Shown here: in pieces, positions 59,601 through 64,000 of the stretch
Layout of the letters: each line of letters starts with the position of its first letter
Numbering within the stretch: the stretch's first letter is position 1
From: Lytechinus pictus
Taxonomy: Eukaryota
Direction of reading: 5' to 3'
Assembly (NCBI RefSeq): GCF_037042905.1
Contig: NC_087263.1
Location: 8,310,001-8,374,000, forward strand
DNA length: 64,000 bases
Program-made: the position numbers and the translations under genes
The notes under the pieces: generated by a model
What the model was told of the DNA's origin: nothing
Database searches by the model: none
Seen by the model: the letters and a program-made list of their open reading frames with translations, nothing else

Positions 59601-60486
59601 GATCCAATAAATGGGTTGTCTAATCTGGCATGTTTGTGTTGTCTACGCTAATGGATGAAATTACTCTTACGTCTGTTTTTTTTTCTAATGACAGGCAGAA
59701 AGATTATTAAAACATTAAATCATTTTCAAAGTTTTTTTTTGCAAGCTTTGTAGACCAACTTACAGTACGATTAATGCTGGTATTTATTTGTTATTTTTTT
59801 ATTTTTCTAAATATGTAGGCAACTTGATGACTTTGTTAACACATTTACATATTTATAGGAATGGAGTTGGCCGAACTGGCGTATTTTGTAGCACGCTTGA
59901 GTGCATCGCACAAGTAAACGAAGAGGGTGCTGTTGATGTCTTTCACGTGGTGAAGATGCTCAGAAGTGAAAGGATGCATTTCGTACAAACCGAGGTAACG
60001 TTTACCAGTACTGTGTGTGTGGGCGTGGGGTGTGTGCGTGTGTACGTTTTGGAGGGAGTGAGGGTGTGTACGTGCACCTATGTGAAAACGCCGGTGTTTA
60101 GGAAAGTGTGAAATCACATAGGCCTATATTTGTAAGTACATGCATATGTGCCCACCGAGTGCATTTTTGCATGTGAGTGGGTGTGTGACTATGGCTGGCT
60201 TTTTGTATTGTTTATGAGGGTTGGAGTTATTCATGCGCTTGCATTTTTTTTTCGATTTCTTGTAATGCAGGAGGAATATTCGTTCATTTACGAGCTGATC
60301 AAAGAATATCTTCAAGAAAATGAGTACGAGGATCCGCTCCCCGAGGTCTCGCCGAACGATCACACGTACACGTATGCTGAATCCCCTCTGGCCCCAGGTT
60401 CCGGTGAGAGCGAGCATGTATACGCAGAACTGCAAGAGGGCGCCCCCGATAAAGGAGTGTATACCCCACTGAAGACAGAAAGATAA
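15193..60486 (+). CDS. Whole gene (29 coding exons, ~1591 aa): C-type lectin / Tie-like Ig-EGF-FN3 receptor with a single D2-type protein tyrosine phosphatase domain
   Basis: Exons joined manually. All introns are GT..AG, phases are compatible and the frame is open from ATG 15193 to TAA 60486. Domain motifs are given per exon. Confidence 0.88.
16647..16801 (+). CDS. Exon 2, C-type lectin domain 1 (first part)
   Basis: GSGQICNTPNWREFGKNQYLLVSNAVIAWNDAMEYCRSQGGDLAVITSHEQN; tag| and |gtaagt. Confidence 0.9.
18351..20095. mobile_element. Non-autonomous hAT-like element with a nested second element (18463..19661)
   Basis: TIR CACTGG(T/C)GTAAATCC with 8-bp TSD CAAGAAAT on both sides; inner TIR CAGTGGCGTA and internal gcgagcgcgaagcgcgag repeats. 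Confidence 0.85.
21285..21390. repeat. (AGT)n microsatellite (others at about 16242-16330 and 35668-35800)
   Basis: Direct reading. Confidence 0.9.
21549..23015. mobile_element. Inverted second copy of the same nested composite (inner element 21975..22907)
   Basis: Reverse complement of 18351..20095 with internal deletions; the inner element has 8-bp TSD TGGACATA. Confidence 0.85.
23494..24822. mobile_element. Non-autonomous DNA transposon with 21-bp perfect TIRs
   Basis: TGGACCTATGAAGAGATGGAC ... GTCCATCTCTTCATAGGTCCA; internal inverted arms at about 23585-23770 / 24000-24192. Confidence 0.75.
25541..25659 (+). CDS. Exon 3, CTL1 (WIGL exon)
   Basis: SFLNTFTLKTTDPSGYSYWIGLSDIDDNGEYTWVNNTPSG; phases 0-2. 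Confidence 0.9.
27298..27422 (+). CDS. Exon 4, CTL1 (last part)
   Basis: YSNLRFQGRQGRCIRLRTAYLGKWEDSLCTDTRVHICQRDS; phases 2-1. Confidence 0.88.
27430..28019. mobile_element. MITE (partial copy at about 13137..13345)
   Basis: Long inverted arms accgccctttcac..gtaaaaa / ttttaccctgtgaaagggcggt. Confidence 0.75.
28365..28501 (+). CDS. Exon 5, CTL2 (first part)
   Basis: DPRCSWNQYGQSFYRFMGDGRSFDSAQTECASIGGRLAIIRSTEIN; cag| and |gtgagt. Confidence 0.9.
29190..30738 (+). mobile_element. 5'-truncated CR1/L2-like LINE in intron 5
   Basis: DLSKAFDTIDH, GIPQGSILGPLLFLVYIND, FADG (normally FADD), in-frame stop at 29585; ends in short tandem tgataaa repeats and an A tail. Confidence 0.9.
31172..31287 (+). 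CDS. Exon 6, CTL2 (WFGL exon)
   Basis: TFLTSVLSPALPSANCFWFGLSRNSDSDPFTWNDDANL; phases 0-2. Confidence 0.9.
31356..31585. mobile_element. Hairpin MITE
   Basis: acacactaagaaataaagg... / ...cctttatttcttagtgtgt with ~90-bp inverted arms. Confidence 0.8.
32539..32690 (+). CDS. Exon 7, CTL2 (last part)
   Basis: DPQWVPGEPSGSSGRSCGCLWSDGNNVDNHGRWDSRTCGDALPYICERPQ; the acceptor is an atypical GAG, so the 5' boundary is less certain. Confidence 0.82.
32960..33428 (-). mobile_element. Related tRNA-derived SINE interrupted by a MITE (about 33104..33290)
   Basis: Reverse complement shows TGGTCTAGTGG and GGTTCGATTACC boxes; the internal element has inverted arms (tttcatgaagctgttcgta / tacgaacagctttatgaaa). 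Confidence 0.65.
33703..33851 (+). CDS. Exon 8, CTL3 (first part)
   Basis: IPLNGKWIEIAAVKDVQYYFSTFPSNYFDANEYCRQIGGHLAQLKTSMIH. Confidence 0.88.
35298..35416 (+). CDS. Exon 9, CTL3 (middle)
   Basis: TAVTTQFGDMQVYRFFFGLDDLSNENKFRWADGTLLSETG; phases 0-2. Confidence 0.9.
36645..36778 (+). CDS. Exon 10, CTL3 (last part, NPD/WND)
   Basis: YSTWIGSNPDNYAGYEHCVEMNHNGGWNDRYCSDRLRFVCEKPE. Confidence 0.92.
38359..38393 (-). ncRNA. Mirror hammerhead motif (one stem II mismatch)
   Basis: Reverse complement reads GAUC-CUGAUGA-A-GGAC(AUGU)GCCC-GAAA-GCUU-GAU. Confidence 0.5.
38475..38509 (+). ncRNA. Minimal Penelope-type hammerhead ribozyme motif
   Basis: CUGAUGA-A-GGGC(AUGU)GCCC-GAAA-GCUU, palindromic stem III and short stem I AUC/GAU. 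Confidence 0.6.
38788..39099 (+). CDS. Exon 11, Ig-like domain 1
   Basis: VPPLHLIAMTSTPFGSPENAPTFSCVL...AVGVYKCSTTS...DVTILSQE; Cys pair and GxYxC; phases 1-1. Confidence 0.85.
40025..40189. mobile_element. Hairpin MITE, CACTGTAAAA-terminal type (related ends at about 6679..6932 and 33910..34788)
   Basis: Near-perfect ~70-bp inverted arms flanked by TA. Confidence 0.8.
40232..40513 (+). CDS. Exon 12, Ig-like domain 2 (Tie-type)
   Basis: HFQPSDGRLTKTVYPDDDITLSV...IRWS...ADVYG...SLIRVIVS, similar to Tie Ig2 (F.P..LT.TV ... RLIV). Confidence 0.87.
41165..41299 (+). CDS. Exon 13, EGF-like repeat 1
   Basis: ECPRGRWNLPLCDRLCDNCYNGGICHPQSGTCICPPGFMGKNCLT. Confidence 0.93.
41708..41857 (+). CDS. 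Exon 14, EGF-like repeat 2
   Basis: ACGKHRFGWECELECGDEKVLDACSGSQICLPDPYGCNCLSGYTGIYCNE (CLPDPYGC as in Tie1/Tie2). Confidence 0.93.
42416..42547 (+). CDS. Exon 15, EGF-like repeat 3
   Basis: ECTPGKFGVDCLQYCHCAGGMACDAFTGRCEGSCEDGWSGKGCQ. Confidence 0.92.
43840..46520 (-). mobile_element. Decayed non-LTR retrotransposon (antisense, intron 15)
   Basis: Minus-strand fragments KAAGPDNI, IVPVHKGKGK..SNYRGI, VKQGSVLSP, LADDVALIS and a C-terminal CKFC..E...H....C; many stops and frameshifts. Confidence 0.88.
47223..47393 (+). CDS. Exon 16, EGF-like repeat 4
   Basis: VPSVCPVGYSGINCTEFCNCPDLSECEKDSGFCTSSEGLCEVGFVAESPEKPDRCAT. Confidence 0.9.
48029..48148 (+). CDS. Exon 17, EGF-like repeat 5
   Basis: FVGCFESCSKTCHCAATVTCDESGSCTSCHPRWSGGNCQT. 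Confidence 0.9.
48663..48953 (+). CDS. Exon 18, Ig-like domain 3
   Basis: DRFTATREKTNPGTAIISCTF...KTIYCCVGNS...QRTF; phases 1-1. Confidence 0.82.
49103..49703. mobile_element. Abundant TTAA-flanked MITE family (related copies at about 10150-10500, 10989-11540, 16975-17503, 28800-29190)
   Basis: Shared arms ttcatcaaaatcgga..aataa.gaagtta.. and their reverse complement; ends in cccctttaa. Confidence 0.7.
50272..50772 (+). CDS. Exon 19, FN3 domain with basic insert
   Basis: VLPVFNSQP...WDSWSPGVDVGDGPVIGYKVY...HNITGLDEGQSYEIRISAVREGLNGEGEMGP. Confidence 0.92.
51472..51580 (+). CDS. Exon 20, transmembrane helix
   Basis: EPPIGSSTIGPIVGGAIGGIIIILLIAGLVIIIKKKR (hydrophobic run followed by a basic stop-transfer). 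Confidence 0.92.
52484..52554 (+). CDS. Exon 21, juxtamembrane
   Basis: DRPEEVSKPVTYKNDGFIEGIST; phases 2-1 bridge exons 20 and 22. Confidence 0.75.
53209..53459 (+). CDS. Exon 22, juxtamembrane and PTP N-terminal helix
   Basis: DKGQETDQPSQRYENLG...IPVSKFATFVENNRHTDTFYKDFL; an alternative in-frame AAG acceptor would start the exon at 53215. Confidence 0.8.
54367..54466 (+). CDS. Exon 23, PTP domain (degenerate motif 1)
   Basis: KLANVCPGPPASMIRTALKNENRSKSRNTNNHP. Confidence 0.85.
55128..55201 (+). CDS. Exon 24, PTP domain (DxxRV and DYINAS motifs)
   Basis: LDRNRVILESVGSLDSDFIDASYVK. Confidence 0.9.
56025..56153 (+). CDS. Exon 25, PTP domain
   Basis: GIRYRFITTQMPMPNTVADFWDVVFYNQPTVIIMLNDDDRRNK. 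Confidence 0.93.
56540..57005 (+). repeat. Tandem duplication (~215-bp unit) in intron 25
   Basis: cgattattctttaatcggaagaga occurs twice; cgggattacccc recurs at about 56542, 56761 and 56977. Confidence 0.8.
57757..57885 (+). CDS. Exon 26, PTP domain
   Basis: SFAQYWLDNGVAIFGSFSITTVSVSENEGLIEREMQVTRNNSK. Confidence 0.9.
59301..59455 (+). CDS. Exon 27, PTP domain (WPN loop, VHC)
   Basis: ARHVVKQYQFLHWPNEAEQQ...GFPVLVHC; phase-2 intron inside the signature motif, as in other classical PTP genes. Confidence 0.93.
59859..59994 (+). CDS. Exon 28, PTP signature and Q-loop
   Basis: MNGVGRTGVFCSTLECIAQVNEEGAVDVFHVVKMLRSERMHFVQTE. Confidence 0.94.
60271..60486 (+). CDS. Exon 29, end of PTP domain and Tyr-motif tail
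   Basis: EEYSFIYELIKEYLQENEYEDP...HVYAELQEGAPDKGVYTPLKTER*. Confidence 0.9.
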   Translation, partial: EEYSFIYELIKEYLQENEYEDPLPEVSPNDHTYTYAESPLAPGSGESEHVYAELQEGAPDKGVYTPLKTER

Positions 60487-61613
60487 TCCCGTTGGGACAA
60501 AGATTCTTCCAGCTATGGAATCCAAGTACTCGGGAACGGTTTAAAAGGGAAAATATTAAAAGATGCACTTGCATTCACTGAACACCTAAACTCTTAAGCG
60601 TGTAGACAGTTTATAGTCAGCAAACAAGCCGATAATTACTTGTAGGAGTTTCACTATACAGATTGAATGACAGCACTGCATACTGATGTTTATGTTATAA
60701 TCTAAGTGTTCTAAAATTCATTTTTGTAATTCATTTTTCAAAGGTAGTAAGTCGACTCTTGATGGAAATTGTATTCATTCTATACCCAGTTACATGTTTT
60801 TTGAAAGAAATATATTGTTATATCTTGGGAGTATTAGTGATACAAGAATCGTTGCTGCACGGGGGAAGGGATGGCAAAAAGACAGCCTCTACTACCCCCC
60901 CCCCCAAAAAAAAAAAAATGTTCAAACATGCACACAAGCATAAAGTGTGCACGTCAATTATCAAATTTCAACATAGTAAATATTATCTTTATGACAAGAT
61001 TGGCCACTTCGCACCCTCACTTTCTTATTATAACATATACTACGTATTTTAACCTCAGTCCCCATAAATTCATCTTCATTTGCCATTAAAAAAAAATCGT
61101 TTCAATAATTATCAAACTTCCTTTAATCATATACATTTTCCTCTCATGTAAAAGCGGATCTTTCTTTGCTGTTTATATCTCACTTATAGTCATATTAGAA
61201 ACATGTTGGTGTCATTATGTATAATATAATGTTATTTTTGCGTTTCAAACAAACAAAATAACTTATTGTATAATGTCAAGATGTTGAGTACATTTTATCG
61301 CCTTTTTTTATTGTTATTTTTTGTTGAAATTAGTCTATTTTGTGACAGACAAACACCAAGCCGATGTTTTGGTTTTCACGGGGCTCACGAATGTTTGCAA
61401 AGGACGAGAATTTAAAAAATACGAAAAAAAATTGCAAAGTCCATCAGTCATTATGAGTAGCAAAAGTTTCGCTTGATGGGATGCCTTTTCTTTACGCTTT
61501 ATATTTTGCAAAAGTACCTCAAAATCATTGTAACTGGTTAAACGTTCTCAAATCGTATATGTGATGCTCGCGTCCTTCGCAAAATCTTGGTGTCTCCCTT
61601 GTTGACTCATTGC

Positions 61614-61880
61614 GGAGCGTTGTGGCCCAGTGGATCAGTCTCGGGACTCTGAAACAGAGGGTCGTGGGTTCGAATCCCAGCTGTGGCGTAAATTCCTTTG
61701 GCAAAAAAATGTATCCACATCGTGCTGCACTCGACCCAGGTGACGTTAATGGGTACCCGGTGGAATTAATTCCTTGAACGCTATTTATATGGCGGCTCAG
61801 CTACAGCCGGGGTAATAATATGATACCAAGTATATGCACATAGTAACTGCGCTATATAAATTGATATACAATTATTATAA
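61614..61880 (+). mobile_element. tRNA-derived SINE (inside the duplicated block)
   Basis: Near-identical to 5366..5625. Confidence 0.8.
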
Positions 61881-63553
61881 TATTGTTTTAATTCACACTT
61901 TCATTTTCATTCTGTTACCTATTCGCACTTTTACATATTGAAATTACCATTTGATTGTATCGATTCTGTTCCAAGCCTTTCCGGGGAGTTTCATGAGGCA
62001 TCTAGTCAGTGATGTTAACCGACTAATTAGTTCTGAGCCAATCAGATACAAGGATATCAGTAGCTTATGACAGTTAGCACTAAATAATTCCTTCATGGAA
62101 ATGCTCCCCATATTTAGTTTGAAGGCATTTGAAGATTAAAGAAAAACGTTGACATTTCCATTATAAGACAAACTTAGACGACACTTTCGTTAATCTTTTT
62201 AATGTTGATGTTAGCCTATTTCTGTAATCAAATACCCATTCCTGCCACTTACTTTCTTTTGTTGCATATAGTTTTAACACAATTATAATGCCACACCAAT
62301 ATTCTAGATTTGTTCATATATACATATATAATATAATATATATATATATACATAACATATGAACGATTCAAGAATCTTATCTCTTTTATGAATAACATTT
62401 ATCCTAAGCTTCTGTTTTACTCGTTGTTATTTTTTTGTACACTTGTATGTGTCAAATTTCGGGGGTTTTCGGCGTACATTAGACTATATTAGCTAAAATG
62501 TGTTTTTATTATTCAAATAGACTTTGGCCTTTGTTACGATATGCGATATCAGTATCGATGTCTACACCACTGAATAAAAAATATCAACTTGCTACCATGG
62601 CCGCCTTACCTGCGTGAATAAACCACCTGGGGCCCGTTTCATAAAGGACTTCCAACTGTTGTAACTTTGCCTTTTTGGAAACTACTATGGAAACCTTGAT
62701 TATGAATGGCTGCTGAGCCCTGTTACCATGGTAGTTGCTATTATGGTAAAGTTACAACAGTTACAAGTCATTTATGAAACGGCCCCTGCTATGTATACGT
62801 TACTTTATAACAAGTGTCCAAGCCTCTTCTGTTCGTGCGATCGTTTGCGATCACTTGGTCGCAATATAATTATGTTGCACAGAATCGCAACGGTTGTAAT
62901 GTGTCGCACCACCAATGTGACAGGGGCTTAACTCACACAGTAAAGCCGAATATAAATGGAATTTCGTATGCATAACATGGACTGCCAATCGTTGCTGTGT
63001 GCGGAGAGCGATCGTAACAAATAACCTGAATAAGACTTTTTTTTTTACTGTGTTCAAAAAGAGATGTGCATTAGAAGATCAACATTCACTAAAAGTCGAT
63101 GAAACCTAAATAACTCCAATTTCTGGAAGTGTGAAAAATGAATATTTTCTTAATATTAATTGTAAAATCTGGTGTGTGAGAAATGAGTGGGAGTGAGCAG
63201 CATCTTCGCTTCATGAAACACTTAACCATGTTAACTAATGACATTCACATACATGTAGGGGTGTGAGTGCGTTACATGTATCCTCACCAGACACCAGTTG
63301 ACCTGTGACTGTACATAAGGAGCGTTCACACGTGGATATATATAACCTAAATACATGTATCTCCGCCATAATACGTATATAAAGATGAATAATACCACGA
63401 ATACGAACAGCGAATATTCATGAGTAGTGGAAAACATCCAGAAAATGAACTAGGAGGCGACAGACCTACACAAAGAGTTCAAGCTTTTCAGACAAAGAAT
63501 GGAGCCCATTCTAGCAGACCAAGAAAAATGGCTATAAACATCAAAGTTGCCGT

Positions 63554-63935
63554 ATACATTCGTAATTCCGAAACTTCGTTATTCCGGAGGTTCGGATATT
63601 CCGAAGGTTCGTTGACCCGAGAGCGAAATAAGGTTCGTTGTTCCGAAGGTTCGTTTATCCGAAAACGAAATGAGATTCGTTGTTCATTTCGTTTTCGGAC
63701 AAACGAACCTTCGGAATTACGAGCCTCATTTCGTTTTCGGATGAACGAACCTTCGGAATTACGACTCTCATTTCGTTTTCGGATGAACGAACCTTCGGAA
63801 TTACGCCACAAATGTTCGGATTAACGAACCCTTTTTCGTTTTCGGATTAACGAACATCTAGGTAAAGGCAATCTACGTGTTTCGGAATTACGAACTTTCG
63901 GAATAAAGAACCTTCGGAATTACGAAGTGTAACCA
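63554..63935. mobile_element. Foldback-like element built from ttccgaaggttcgt / acgaaccttcggaa subrepeats
   Basis: Subrepeats reverse orientation across the centre; absent from block copy 1. Confidence 0.75.
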
Positions 63936-64000
63936 AAATTGCTGTAGGCAATGAAGGCTTTCGCAGGTTGTAGGGACAAAATTAGTCGCATCTATTATTC

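Larger units (their letters stand above)
61579..64000 (+). repeat. Duplicated composite block, copy 2 (runs off the window)
   Basis: Colinear with 5333..7785; carries a private insertion at about 63554..63935. Confidence 0.92.

Noticed and set aside
51581..60486. Tyrosine kinase domain (true Tie ortholog)
   Set aside because: No GxGxxG, HRD or DFG exons; the cytoplasmic exons are PTP-type.
63554..63935. CRISPR-like repeat array and its two ORFs
   Set aside because: Eukaryotic context, no unique spacers, and the repeats flip orientation: a foldback TE.

Overview
AT-rich, repeat-dense eukaryotic DNA. The repeat style and gene content suggest a marine invertebrate, probably a sea urchin or other echinoderm (inference). 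The window holds one complete + strand gene, which I assembled by hand from 29 coding exons (15193..60486, GT-AG introns, consistent phases, about 1591 aa). It encodes a type I membrane receptor: signal peptide, 3 C-type lectin domains, a Tie1/Tie2-like ectodomain (Ig, Ig, about 5 EGF, Ig, FN3), a TM helix, a single PTP domain and a tyrosine-motif tail. The PTP domain resembles the D2 pseudophosphatase of receptor PTPs (degenerate KNRY and WPD), with no D1. The tail ends in an ITAM-like YxxL-x9-YxxL, and the FN3 domain has a basic insert bounded by two furin-type sites. The gene lies between two direct copies of a ~2.4 kb composite block about 56 kb apart. Other content: three decayed LINEs, tRNA-derived SINEs, many MITEs, an inverted pair of nested hAT-like elements, and a 251-bp palindrome with Penelope-type minimal hammerhead motifs on both strands. 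All calls are by eye; no searches were run.
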